The notes under the pieces were generated by a model. The model worked only from the letters and a program-made list of their open reading frames with translations, was not told the origin of the DNA and searched no databases. From Alphaproteobacteria bacterium (lineage in GTDB: Bacteria; Pseudomonadota; Alphaproteobacteria; MPNO01), in NCBI GenBank assembly GCA_965203455.1, contig CBDBCV010000010.1:99425-163424 (forward strand): a DNA stretch of 64,000 nt, read 5' to 3'. The stretch's first letter is position 1. Each line of letters starts with the position of its first letter. Positions 8,897 through 18,099 of the stretch are shown here, piece by piece. A program made the position numbers and the translations under genes.

Positions 8897-10383
8897 TAGC
8901 CGCTATCCTCTGATTCGTTGAGATCCTCGAACTTGGTCATGTCGGCATGGAAGCGCAGCATGATTCGTCCCGTCGGTCCGTGGCGCTGCTTGGCGATGAT
9001 GACTTCGGCCCGACCCTGGGCCTTGCTGCGGCGGTCTTCCCATTGCTCCTGTCGCTCCGAGAACTTGACGGCGTCTTCGTCGGCTCGCTGCGTCGGTTCT
9101 TCCCGGTCGAGATAGTATTCCTCGCGGTAGATGAACATGACGACGTCGGCGTCCTGTTCGATCGTCCCGGATTCGCGAAGGTCGGCCAGCTGCGGCCGCT
9201 TGTCCTCGCGGTTCTCGACCGCGCGGGAGAGCTGGGAGAGGGCGAGCACCGGGACGTCGAGCTCCTTGGCGAGCGTTTTGAGGCCGCGGGTGATCTCCGA
9301 AACCTCCTGGACCCGGCTCTCGTTGCGCGCGGTCCGGCTGCCCGTGACGAGCTGCAGGTAATCGACCACGAGCAGGCTCAGCCCGTGCTGGCGCTGCAGG
9401 CGGCGCGCGCGGGTGCGGAGAGCCGACACGGTGAGCCCGGGCGTATCATCGATGAAGAAGGACAGCCTCTCCAACTCGCCGCTGGCCCGGACGAGTTTTT
9501 CGAACTGAGTGTCGTTGAGTTCGCCGCGTCTGATCTTGTCGGAGGAAATCTTCGTCTGCTCCGCGACCAGCCGGTTGGCAAGCTGTTCAGCAGACATTTC
9601 TAGCGAGTAGAACCCGACGGCGGGGACCGCTACACCCGCGTTCTCCGCTTCCTTCGCGGCTGCGTCGGCGACGTTGAACGCGATGTTGGTGGCGAGCGCC
9701 GTCTTGCCCATCGACGGCCGGCCCGCGAGCACGATGAGATCCGACTTGTGAAGCCCGCCCAGCCTGAGGTCGAGCTGGGCAAACCCGCTCGGCACGCCGA
9801 CGGTCTTGCCGTCGCGCTTGAACGCGGCTTGGGCCATGTTCACCGCCTCGGTGACCGCGACTTCGAGGGCCCGAAAACCGCCCTCGTAGCTTCCCCTAGT
9901 CGCGAGGTCGTAGAGGCCCTGTTCGGCGGTCTCGATCTGGTCGACGGCGGTCACCTCAAGGTCGCCCGAGAAGGCGTCGTTGACGATGTCGGTGCCGAGC
10001 TCGATCAGCTCGCGCCGGAGGTAGAGGTCGTGGATGAGCCGCCCGTAATCGGCGGCGTTGATGACCGTCGTCGCGTTGGCGGCGAGCCGCGCGACATAGG
10101 GTGCGCCGCCGATCGCGCGGTACACCTCGTCGGACTCGAAGAAATTCCGCAGCGTGGTCGGATCGGCCTTCTGGCCGCGCTCGATCAGGGTCTTGCAGGC
10201 GCTGTAGATGCGGCGGTGGAACTCCTCGCTGAAATGCTCGGCGGCGAGAAACTCCGAGACCCGTTCGTAGGCCCGGTTGTTGATCAGGATCGCGCCGAGC
10301 AGACCCATCTCCGCCTCGACGTTCGCGGGCGGGCTGCGATGGGTCTCGCGTTCGCTCTCGATGACGGAAACGGATTCGGCCAC
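8893..10383 (-). CDS. dnaB: Replicative DNA helicase
   Basis: GRPSMGKT, VDYLQL, LSQLSR, DLRESGTIEQDAD, KQRHGPTG. GTG 10383 has a GGGGGAG RBS. Confidence 0.97.
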   Translation of the reverse strand: MAESVSVIESERETHRSPPANVEAEMGLLGAILINNRAYERVSEFLAAEHFSEEFHRRIYSACKTLIERGQKADPTTLRNFFESDEVYRAIGGAPYVARLAANATTVINAADYGRLIHDLYLRRELIELGTDIVNDAFSGDLEVTAVDQIETAEQGLYDLATRGSYEGGFRALEVAVTEAVNMAQAAFKRDGKTVGVPSGFAQLDLRLGGLHKSDLIVLAGRPSMGKTALATNIAFNVADAAAKEAENAGVAVPAVGFYSLEMSAEQLANRLVAEQTKISSDKIRRGELNDTQFEKLVRASGELERLSFFIDDTPGLTVSALRTRARRLQRQHGLSLLVVDYLQLVTGSRTARNESRVQEVSEITRGLKTLAKELDVPVLALSQLSRAVENREDKRPQLADLRESGTIEQDADVVMFIYREEYYLDREEPTQRADEDAVKFSERQEQWEDRRSKAQGRAEVIIAKQRHGPTGRIMLRFHADMTKFEDLNESEDSGY

Positions 10384-10566
10384 GCGCCACTCCCCCGGGT
10401 GCGGCAAGGACGGTAGTCGAGCGCGGTCCGAATCGGTAGCGCCGCGGCCGCCGCGCCGCTTCTTTGTTGGGGGCGAAACTTACTCACACCGCCCAAATCG
10501 CGGGGACATCGGACCCGACCGCCCATCTGGCAAGGCCGACCGGGGCAGCGGGACGTGTGGACGGTC

Positions 10567-11808
10567 TCAGGCGGCGATATCGTCCCGGCGGTCTTCGGCG
10601 GCGGCGCGCTGCGCGCGCTCCCAGTCAGTGATGTAGTCGCGGGTGAGCGGCACGGCGTCCTGGTTGCGGGCGATCTGCATCTGGAACACCATCTGGTTCC
10701 AGTACTTGAACGCCATCTCGCAGCCCTTCAGATAGAACTCCCACATCCGGCAGAAACGCTCATCGTAGAGGTCGGCGATCCGCGCACGATTGTCCTGAAA
10801 CCGCTGGTGCCAGTGGAACAGCGTCTTGGCGTAGTGCAGCCGCAGGATCTCGATGTCGGTGACGTAGAGCTTTTCCCGCTCCAGCGCGGCCAGCACCTCC
10901 GACATGGCCGGGGTGTAGCCGCCCGGGAAGATGTACTTGCGGAGCCACGCGCTGGTCGTCCCCGGCGGCTCCATGCGGCCGATGGAGTGGAGCAGGGCGA
11001 CCCCGTCGTCGGGCAGGAGCTCGCGCAGCTTGGCGAAGAATTCCCGGTAGTGCCGGGCGCCGACATGCTCGAACATGCCGACCGAGACGATGCGGTCGTA
11101 CCGGCCCGTGCGGTGGCGGTAGTCCTCGAGCAGGAAGCGCACCCGCCCCGACAGGCCGGCCTCCGCGGCGCGGCGCTCCGCGACCCTGTGCTGTTCCTCC
11201 GACAGGGTCACGCCGGTGACGTCGATGTCCGCGATCCCGGCGAGATAGAGCGCGAGCCCGCCCCATCCCGACCCGATGTCGAGCACCCGCTGTCCCGGCG
11301 CGAGCCGGAGCTTCGCCGCGAGGTGCCGCTTCTTGTTGTCCTGCGCCTCTTCCAGCGTGTTGTCGTCGTCGGTGAAGTAGGCGCAGGAATATTGCCGGTC
11401 CTTGTCGAGGAAGAGGTCGTAGAGCGTGTCCGACAGGTCGTAATGGTGGGCGACGTTGCGCCGGGCGCGGCCCATCGGGTTGTGCTGCTGCAGCCAGCGG
11501 GTCCGCCGGTTCAGCCATTCCGACAGCTTGAAGACCGGATTGTCTGCCGCCTCACTCGAATTGACGCAGCAATATTCGATGAAATCGCCGAGCGTGCCTT
11601 CCTCGATGGTGAGCGTGCCGTCCATATAGGCCTCGCCCACGCGAAGCCAGGGATTGGTAACCAGTTGTGCGTGCAGCCTCCGGTCGTGCAGCCGGACCGT
11701 GCATTCCGGCCCCGGCGATCCCTCAATCCGGTGGGTGCGCCCGTTCGCGTCGATCAGCGTCAGGCGTCCGGTGGACGCCACCTTGCCCAACGCCCAGTTG
11801 AGCAGCAT
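10567..11808 (-). CDS. cfa: Cyclopropane-fatty-acyl-phospholipid synthase family SAM methyltransferase
   Basis: HHYDLS, YSCAYF, VLDIGSGWGG, VSVGMFEHVG, KYIFPGG, RMWEFYL. Confidence 0.9.
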   Translation of the reverse strand: MLLNWALGKVASTGRLTLIDANGRTHRIEGSPGPECTVRLHDRRLHAQLVTNPWLRVGEAYMDGTLTIEEGTLGDFIEYCCVNSSEAADNPVFKLSEWLNRRTRWLQQHNPMGRARRNVAHHYDLSDTLYDLFLDKDRQYSCAYFTDDDNTLEEAQDNKKRHLAAKLRLAPGQRVLDIGSGWGGLALYLAGIADIDVTGVTLSEEQHRVAERRAAEAGLSGRVRFLLEDYRHRTGRYDRIVSVGMFEHVGARHYREFFAKLRELLPDDGVALLHSIGRMEPPGTTSAWLRKYIFPGGYTPAMSEVLAALEREKLYVTDIEILRLHYAKTLFHWHQRFQDNRARIADLYDERFCRMWEFYLKGCEMAFKYWNQMVFQMQIARNQDAVPLTRDYITDWERAQRAAAEDRRDDIAA

Positions 11809-12123
11809 CGATACGGCCCCTCCCGCAGCTGCGCCGGTTCCGGCGGTCGACTGGTCATCCCGGAGCGTATCGCAAAATTGTAACGCGACATCGCCCGCGC
11901 TCCAACGGCCGAGTCCCGGGCGGCGATTTCATCGAACTTCCCCGGAGCCGGCGCCCGGCGTCCAATTCTTGGCGAATCGCCGCGAATAGTGGCGTTGTCC
12001 GCCCGGATACTGTACGGTCGCCCGGTACCCGCCGTTGACCCTGCCGGGTTCGCGGGCTAACCCTAGCCGCGGCGAAACGCATCGGACAGCCAACCGCATT
12101 CGACCGATCGAGGAGATACGAGA

Positions 12124-12408
12124 ATGAAGCTATTGAAGACCTGCGCACTCGTCGCGCTGCCTGCAATGTTCGTCGCGGCCTGCGACACGGTGCCGACGAG
12201 CCGGTTCGAGGCGACCGAGGCGACGGCGAAGCAGGCCGCCGACGCGGCCGCCGCCGCGGGCGCCAAGGCCGATGCCGCCGGCAAGCGCGCCGAGGATGCG
12301 GCCCGCGCCGCCGAGCGCGCCGCCGCCGCCGCCGAGCGCGCCGCCAACGAGGCCAAGAACGCGGCCATGAAGATGGACCGCATGATGCAAGCCGGGATGA
12401 AGAAGTAG
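12124..12408 (+). CDS. Alanine-zipper (OprI/Lpp-like) lipoprotein
   Basis: Signal peptide with lipobox FVAAC, Ala-rich coiled coil, ends MMQAGMKK. GAGGAG RBS upstream. Confidence 0.8.
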   Translation: MKLLKTCALVALPAMFVAACDTVPTSRFEATEATAKQAADAAAAAGAKADAAGKRAEDAARAAERAAAAAERAANEAKNAAMKMDRMMQAGMKK

Positions 12409-12428
12409 GAAGCTCTCCGCCGGGGTCA

Positions 12429-12460
12429 GGCGGTCTCGAACGTTCGCGTTCGAAACCGCC
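12429..12460. terminator. Hairpin between convergent genes (possible bidirectional terminator)
   Basis: GGCGGT-c-TCGAACG[TTCG]CGTTCGA-a-ACCGCC. No U-tract, so function is uncertain. Confidence 0.5.
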
Positions 12461-12472
12461 CGCCTCCGGACG

Positions 12473-13471
12473 TCAGCCGGCGGCGTCTGCGGGCTTCAGC
12501 ACGCTGACCGGGAGCCCGCTCCGCCGCCGCAGAGTGCGGCGGATCAGCGGCCAGTCGAGCCGGCCCGCCTCGGTGCGCGCCGCGTAGATCAGCCGGTACG
12601 CCACCTCCGGCGCGCTCTCCCGCGCCATTCGATCGCCCGCTTCCACCTGGTCCGCCTGGGTCTGGGAGGGGTGCGCCTCGATCATCAATTCTCCGCCCAC
12701 CCAGGCGATCTTGACCGGCTGGTCGACCACGGTGACCGGGGTGCCTATCGGAATTTCCCCGAACAGCCGTTCGATGTCCTCCGGGTAGAGCCGCACGCAT
12801 CCATGCGAGGCGCGCCGGCCGATCCCGTAAGGCTTGTTGGTCCCGTGCAGCAGGTAGGACTGCCAGCCGAGATAGAGCGCGTGCGAGCCCAGCGGATTGT
12901 CGGGGCCAGGCGGGACCACCTTCGGGAGGTACGGACGCTCGGCCCGGATCGACTTCGGCACGTACCAGGTCGGCCGCTTCTGCTTCCGCACCACCTTGGT
13001 GCGTCCGGTGGGCGTCGACCAGCCTTCCATGCCGATACCCACCGGGAACGAGACCACGGTCCTGCCGTCCGGCTTGAAGTAGTAGAGCCGCTGATCCCCG
13101 AGGTTGAGCACCAGCCCCTTCCTGTCGGCCTCCGGCACGATGTGGGCGGCGGGAATCAGGATCTCGGTGCCGGCGCCGGGGAGCCACGGATCGACATGCG
13201 GGTTGGCCGCGCGGAGCTCGGTGTAGCCCACGTCGAACCGCCGCGGAAGCCGGATCAGCGTGTCCTCGTGCTTCGCCCGGTAGCGAATCGTCTCGCCGAT
13301 CATTGGCGGGTAGGCGAACGCGCCCGGCGCGGGCGTGTTCTCCGCGGCGCCCGCCGAAGCGGCGGCCAGCAGCGCCGCCGCCCCGAGCGCACCCGCGAAG
13401 AGGCGCCGGCCATCGCGCTTCGATGTGCGATCCCCGTTTCCGGTCTCGCCTCGTCGGCCGGGCCACCGCAT
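12473..13471 (-). CDS. L,D-transpeptidase (ErfK/YbiS/YcfS family) with LysM-like N-terminal region
   Basis: ELRAANPHVDPWLP, YLLHGTNKPYGIGRRASHGCVRL catalytic His/Cys motif, C-terminal VKIAW...EAHP domain. The track ORF start at 15169 is over-extended. Confidence 0.9.
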   Translation of the reverse strand: MRWPGRRGETGNGDRTSKRDGRRLFAGALGAAALLAAASAGAAENTPAPGAFAYPPMIGETIRYRAKHEDTLIRLPRRFDVGYTELRAANPHVDPWLPGAGTEILIPAAHIVPEADRKGLVLNLGDQRLYYFKPDGRTVVSFPVGIGMEGWSTPTGRTKVVRKQKRPTWYVPKSIRAERPYLPKVVPPGPDNPLGSHALYLGWQSYLLHGTNKPYGIGRRASHGCVRLYPEDIERLFGEIPIGTPVTVVDQPVKIAWVGGELMIEAHPSQTQADQVEAGDRMARESAPEVAYRLIYAARTEAGRLDWPLIRRTLRRRSGLPVSVLKPADAAG

Positions 13472-13552
13472 CACGGCATCCTTTTCGCGAAGTGCCTCAT
13501 TCGCTAGATTGGCGCCGCCTTTATAGCAGACTGCGTCGTTGGGGGGTTGTCC

Positions 13553-14176
13553 ATGGACCGCGTCATTGTCGGGATCACCGGCGCCACCGGCACGATCTAC
13601 GGCGTGCGGCTGATGGAAATGCTGCGCCAGTCGGACGCGTACGAAATCCATCTCGTGATGAGCCGGTCGGCCAAGCTGACGCTCAAGATGGAGCACGATG
13701 TCGACATCGCCGACATCAACGCGCTCGCCCACGAAGTGCACGAGGTCGGCAATATCGGGGCGTCGATCTCGTCCGGCTCCTTCCACTCCAAGGGCATGAT
13801 CATCGCGCCCTGCTCGATCAAGACGATGTCCAACGTGGCGATGGGCAATACCGGCGATCTGATCAGCCGCGCCGCCGATGTCGTGCTCAAGGAGCGGCGG
13901 ACGCTGCTGGTGGCGATTCGCGAGACGCCGCTCCATTCCGGCCATCTCGACAATTTGGTCCGGCTGAGCCGGCTCGGGGCGGTCATCTTCCCGCCCGTGC
14001 CGGCGTTCTACAACCGGCCCGTGACGCTCCAGGATATCGTCGACCAGAGCTGCATGAGGATGCTCGACCAGTTCGGCATCCATATCGAATCCGCGCCCCG
14101 CTGGGGCGAGGAGGGCGGCGTGCCGGCGGTCGGCCAGAAGATCGTCGGCGGCAAGGCGGCCGCGGCGGAGGACTGA
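13553..14176 (+). CDS. ubiX: Flavin prenyltransferase UbiX
   Basis: VGITGATG, SGSF, APCSIKT, RAADVVLKERR, RETPL, PPVPAFY. Confidence 0.93.
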   Translation: MDRVIVGITGATGTIYGVRLMEMLRQSDAYEIHLVMSRSAKLTLKMEHDVDIADINALAHEVHEVGNIGASISSGSFHSKGMIIAPCSIKTMSNVAMGNTGDLISRAADVVLKERRTLLVAIRETPLHSGHLDNLVRLSRLGAVIFPPVPAFYNRPVTLQDIVDQSCMRMLDQFGIHIESAPRWGEEGGVPAVGQKIVGGKAAAAED

Positions 14177-14312
14177 GTCGCATCCGGTTCCCTGGCCGGA
14201 CACCGGTTTCGGCCAACGCCAACCGACGGTAGTGCTGTCCGATCGGAGATTCTCTTGAATCGTCTGTATCGTGCTGGTTATGTTTCCCCTGAGGGAACGA
14301 TGGAATTGACTT

Positions 14313-14504
14313 ATGGCCATCCAGGCCGGCACCCCGGAAGATGCCTTCGGACAGCGGCTGGCGCGGATCGAATCCTTCATGGAGCATGCCGCCACCCGTG
14401 AGGATCTTCTCAACCTCAAGGTGTGGATTTTGCTCAGCGCCATAGGCGCGATCGCCGGCGGGGCCATGCTCGCGATCGCGGTCGTCCAGCTGTTCGCCGG
14501 GTGA
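14313..14504 (+). CDS. Small membrane-anchored protein (coiled coil plus C-terminal TM helix, DUF1640/CCDC90-like)
   Basis: 63 aa; ATREDL motif followed by a hydrophobic helix; AT-rich upstream region with TTGAAT-N18-TATGTT. Confidence 0.55.
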   Translation: MAIQAGTPEDAFGQRLARIESFMEHAATREDLLNLKVWILLSAIGAIAGGAMLAIAVVQLFAG

Positions 14505-14511
14505 CCGGGCG

Positions 14512-15303
14512 CTAGTCCAGCCTGATCTCCGCCGTCCCCACCCCGTCGATCTCGACCCGCGCCGTGCCGGGGAAGCGCTCCAGCCAGACCGTCTTCACGA
14601 GGGAGCCCGTCATGATCAGCGTGCCCGCGCGGAGGATCGTGCCCTGTCTGCCGAGCGCGCCGGCAAGCCAGCAGACCGCGTCCAGCGGATGGCCCAGCAC
14701 GTCGGCGCCGCGGCCCCGGCCGGTCTCCGCCCCGTCGATCAGGGTCCGGCCGGCGGCGGCGTCCAACCCCATCGGATCGCAAGCCTCCGCCGGCGCTCCC
14801 AGAATGCAGGCCGCCTGGAAGAAATCGTCCGCGATCAGGGTCGGCGTGCCGAGCGCCGACCAGTCGCCGTAGCGGTTGTCCACGATCTCGATCGCCGGCA
14901 TGACTTCGGCGACCGCGCCCGCCGCTTCCTCGCGGGTGAGCGCCCGGCCGCAGGCGTTGAGATCGGCGCCGAGCCGGACCGCGATCTCGCACTCGATGCC
15001 GGGCGCGATGAACCCGGTCGCCGGAAGCGCGGCCCCGCCCAGGTGGACGTCGCCCGCGCGGACGCCGCCATAGACCGGCGCGTCGAGGCCCAGCATCTCC
15101 TGCATGACCGGCGTGGTGCAGCCGAGCTTGTAGCCGGCCGGCGGCGGATCGCCCCGTTCGGCGAACCACGCGCGCAGCGCCCGCTGGATACGGTAGCCGC
15201 CGGTCTCGTCCGCCGGCCGCACCGGTTCGGGCAGCGCGTCGACCGGCGCGCGGCGCAGGCGCGTCTCGCCGAGGAGCGCCGCCGCCGTCTCCTCGGGGGT
15301 CAC
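14512..15303 (-). CDS. 2-keto-4-pentenoate hydratase / FAA hydrolase family protein
   Basis: GYKLGCT, IECEIAV, AIEIVDNRY, LIADD, VLGHPLDAV, IMTGS. GTG 15303 overlaps the upstream TGA. Confidence 0.88.
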   Translation of the reverse strand: MTPEETAAALLGETRLRRAPVDALPEPVRPADETGGYRIQRALRAWFAERGDPPPAGYKLGCTTPVMQEMLGLDAPVYGGVRAGDVHLGGAALPATGFIAPGIECEIAVRLGADLNACGRALTREEAAGAVAEVMPAIEIVDNRYGDWSALGTPTLIADDFFQAACILGAPAEACDPMGLDAAAGRTLIDGAETGRGRGADVLGHPLDAVCWLAGALGRQGTILRAGTLIMTGSLVKTVWLERFPGTARVEIDGVGTAEIRLD

Positions 15304-16019
15304 ACGACCGGCCGTTCGTCCTCGAAGCGGGCGGCTTGCCGCGCCGCGTTCCGCGCCCGCTCCGTCGCGCAATCCTCGAACAGCGTGTCCGGGTAGAGGT
15401 CGCGGAAATCCCCGATCACGCGGTCGAAGTCGAAATCCGACCAGACGCCGTGATCCCGGATGTACTCCATGTGGCGCCGGCCATGGCTGTCGAATTCCTG
15501 GAACAGCGCGTGGTCCGTGCCGTCGAACTCGGTCGGCAGCACGTCGAACTTCTCGCAGAGCTCGAGATTGAAGGTCGCCGCCGCCTTGATCCAGCGCCCG
15601 TCGAGATGGAGCACCGCGTAGCCGTGGTGGATGAAGAGGTTGCTGCCGCCCATCAGCTTCAGCAGCCGTTCGGTGCAGAGATGGTTGGCCACATCCGACA
15701 GCCCGAGCCCGGCATGGATGCCGAGCGCCCGCGCGCAGGCAACCAGCAGGTTGCCCTTCGGGACGCAGAAGGCCGCTCCCGCCTCGAGCACGTGGCTCGC
15801 CCGGTAATCGGCGCGGTCGTCGGAAATGGTGTAGGGATCGTAGCGGATCTCGTCGCGGATCGCGTAGAAGAGCGCCACGGCCTTCGCCACCGGCGTCTCG
15901 CGGCCCGCGGTCCGGGAAAGGGCGAACTCCCGCACCGACGGCGTGTCGTAATCGAAATACCAGGTGGGCTCCAGATAGATCGGGCCCGGCTCCGGAGAGC
16001 CCGTCTCGACATGCTCCAT
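15300..16019 (-). CDS. Transglutaminase-like family protein
   Basis: FYAIRDEIRYDPY, FCVPKG (Cys), HHGY (His), WIKAAATFN. GAGGAG RBS before ATG 16019. Confidence 0.85.
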   Translation of the reverse strand: MEHVETGSPEPGPIYLEPTWYFDYDTPSVREFALSRTAGRETPVAKAVALFYAIRDEIRYDPYTISDDRADYRASHVLEAGAAFCVPKGNLLVACARALGIHAGLGLSDVANHLCTERLLKLMGGSNLFIHHGYAVLHLDGRWIKAAATFNLELCEKFDVLPTEFDGTDHALFQEFDSHGRRHMEYIRDHGVWSDFDFDRVIGDFRDLYPDTLFEDCATERARNAARQAARFEDERPVV

Positions 16020-16051
16020 CGCAACTCCTCCCCGCGCGCGCGGCCGGCGGC

Positions 16052-16080
16052 ACCATAGGTGGCGGCCCGGTGCGCTGCAA
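16052..16080 (-). promoter_or_regulatory. Candidate sigma70 promoter for the transglutaminase-hydratase operon
   Basis: Minus strand TTGCAG-N17-TATGGT. Confidence 0.45.
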
Positions 16081-16083
16081 CTT

Positions 16084-18045
16084 GAGGCGTTTGCGCTGTC
16101 GGGGACGGGTTGATTTACAAGGCGTTCACGGAGGTGCGAGATTTTTGATACCCCGTGGTGGTCGTTGATATCCGGGGTTTCAGTTTCGCTGCGGCGGTCG
16201 TTTTGGCGATTTTCACCCCACGCCGCTGGTCGCGGCGTCTTGGCAGCGAGGTTTTCCTGCGGCGGCCTCGCGCGCCCTGATCGTGCGCATGAGATAGAAG
16301 GTGTCGCCATCGGGCCCTGGGGCCCTTGTTCCACCACCACCCCTGGTCGGGAGAACAGCGATGGCGACGGCGGCGAAGCTACCCTTTTCGTGGCGCGATG
16401 TCGAAGTCCTGCCGGACCTTGAACGGCTGCGCCTGGTTCTGGCGGTGCTTCCCGACGAGGAGATCGTGACGGCGCTTGAAGTGTGTCGCGGTCGGGGCCG
16501 TAACGACTACCCGGTGCGGGCGATGTGGCGGGCGCTGATCGCGGGGGTGGTGTTGCAACACGCCTCGATGCAGTCGCTGTTGCGGGAGCTGGGGCGCAAC
16601 CCGGCGTTGCTGGAGATCTGCGGGTTCGACCCTCTGCCGTATCAGAGCGGGCCGGTGACGGTGCTTCACGACGGGCATGCGGTAACGCGCCCGGCGCGGG
16701 TTCGTTCGACGGCGCCGAGCCACTGGAACTTCTCGCGGTTTCTGGGGCGTGTTGTGCAGCTTGAGGACGAGCAGGGGCTGGTGTCCGCCATGATCGAGAG
16801 CCTGCGCGCCGCGCTGTTCGCCGCGTTGCCGGACTTCGGGCGTCATCTCGGCTACGACGGCAAGGCGATCGCGAGCCACTCGACGGGCCGGGTCGGCAAG
16901 GACGAGGACAAGACCTCGGACCCCGACGCCGACTGGGGCAAGCACGAGACGGGCGGGGTGGACGCCAGGACCGGCGCGGTGTGGAAGAAGGTGAAGTCGT
17001 GGTTCGGCTACGGGCTGCACCTGATCGCCGACACCGATTACGAGGTTCCGGTGGCCTTCGAGGTGACGCGCGCTTCGGCCTCGGAACCCAAGGTGCTGTC
17101 CGGGATGCTGGAGGAGCTGTTCGCAAGGGCGCCGGAGATCGCCGGGCGCTGCGCCGACTTCAGCGCCGACCGCGGTCTCGACGATGCCCGCCTGAAGGCG
17201 CGGCTGTGGGACCGGTGGACCGCCCGCCCGCTGATCGATACACGGCTGATGTGGCGGGTGGAGAAGCAGGAGCCGAGATACGATCCGGCGCAGCCGATCA
17301 CGCGGCCGCTGTTCCCCGACCGCGCCGATGTCATCGTTCACGACGAGCGCGGCCGGGTGTCCTGCGTCTGTCCCGGGACCGGCGAGGTCCGCGCTATGGC
17401 GTTTCAGGGGTTCGAGGCTGATCGGGGCCGCTGCGGCACGCTCAAATACCGCTGCCCGGCAGCCGCCTTCGGCTTCGCCTGCGCCGGCAGCCGGGCCTGC
17501 CACCGGGCCGGCGGGGTCAAGCCCGGAGACTATGGCCGCATCCTGCGCATCGACCTCGACAGCCACGACCGGCGCATCTTCACCCCCACGCCCTGGGGCA
17601 GTCCGTCATGGCGGCGCGGCTACAACCGCCGCTCGGCCATGGAGCGGATCAACAGCCGCCTCGACAACAGCTTCAACTTCGAGACCCACTACATCCGAGG
17701 CCGCGCCAAGATGAAGACCCGCCTCGGCCTCGCCCTGGCGGTGATGATGGCGATGGCTCTCGCCCAGGCCCGCGCCGGCCGCCCCGAGCGCATGCGCTCC
17801 CTGGTCGGCGCCGTGCCGTATCTCGACACCGGCTGACCGCTCGTCTGCCTCCCGACAATCCTGCCCGATCCCGCCGCCCGACGGCAGAGGGGAAGCCACG
17901 CCCGCACGCCAGACAATCTTCCGGTAATCGTATTTGTCAGGCCCCGGAAGCCCGTATCCTGCCCGGTGGGGAAGCGGGCCGGACGATATTCAACCGCCAA
18001 AATCGAACCGGCGACAGCCAAAAATCACCACAGCGCACATTTCTC
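16084..18045 (+). mobile_element. Insertion sequence, IS1182/IS5-like, 1962 bp
   Basis: Imperfect terminal IRs GAGGCGTTTGCGCTGT / GAGAAATGTGCGCTGT; 5-bp target duplication AACTT at 16079-16083 and 18046-18050; single DDE transposase. Confidence 0.82.
16361..17836 (+). CDS. DDE transposase with DUF772-like N-terminus
   Basis: GRNDYPVRAM, YDGK, WFGYGLHL, SADRGLD, RRSAMERINSRL; Cys-rich insert between the second Asp and the Glu. Confidence 0.9.
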   Translation: MATAAKLPFSWRDVEVLPDLERLRLVLAVLPDEEIVTALEVCRGRGRNDYPVRAMWRALIAGVVLQHASMQSLLRELGRNPALLEICGFDPLPYQSGPVTVLHDGHAVTRPARVRSTAPSHWNFSRFLGRVVQLEDEQGLVSAMIESLRAALFAALPDFGRHLGYDGKAIASHSTGRVGKDEDKTSDPDADWGKHETGGVDARTGAVWKKVKSWFGYGLHLIADTDYEVPVAFEVTRASASEPKVLSGMLEELFARAPEIAGRCADFSADRGLDDARLKARLWDRWTARPLIDTRLMWRVEKQEPRYDPAQPITRPLFPDRADVIVHDERGRVSCVCPGTGEVRAMAFQGFEADRGRCGTLKYRCPAAAFGFACAGSRACHRAGGVKPGDYGRILRIDLDSHDRRIFTPTPWGSPSWRRGYNRRSAMERINSRLDNSFNFETHYIRGRAKMKTRLGLALAVMMAMALAQARAGRPERMRSLVGAVPYLDTG

Positions 18046-18069
18046 AACTTGGGGAAATATTGCTATGAT
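18041..18069 (+). promoter_or_regulatory. Candidate hybrid promoter (IS-derived -35, host extended -10)
   Basis: TTCTCA (18041-18046, mostly IS end) - N17 - TATGAT (18064-18069), preceded by TGn. Confidence 0.45.
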
Positions 18070-18099
18070 GCGCGCCGTTCGAGAGGAGAGGGCGCCTGA

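Noticed and set aside
11809-12123. 315-bp intergenic region as an sRNA or tRNA locus
   Set aside because: No cloverleaf, terminator or known motif recognised; consistent with two divergent promoters. No tRNA or rRNA was found in the window.
12230-12365. GCC/GCCGAGCGCGCC repeats as a tandem DNA repeat or CRISPR
   Set aside because: Explained by Ala-rich coding; no constant repeat-spacer period. No CRISPR array was seen anywhere in the window.
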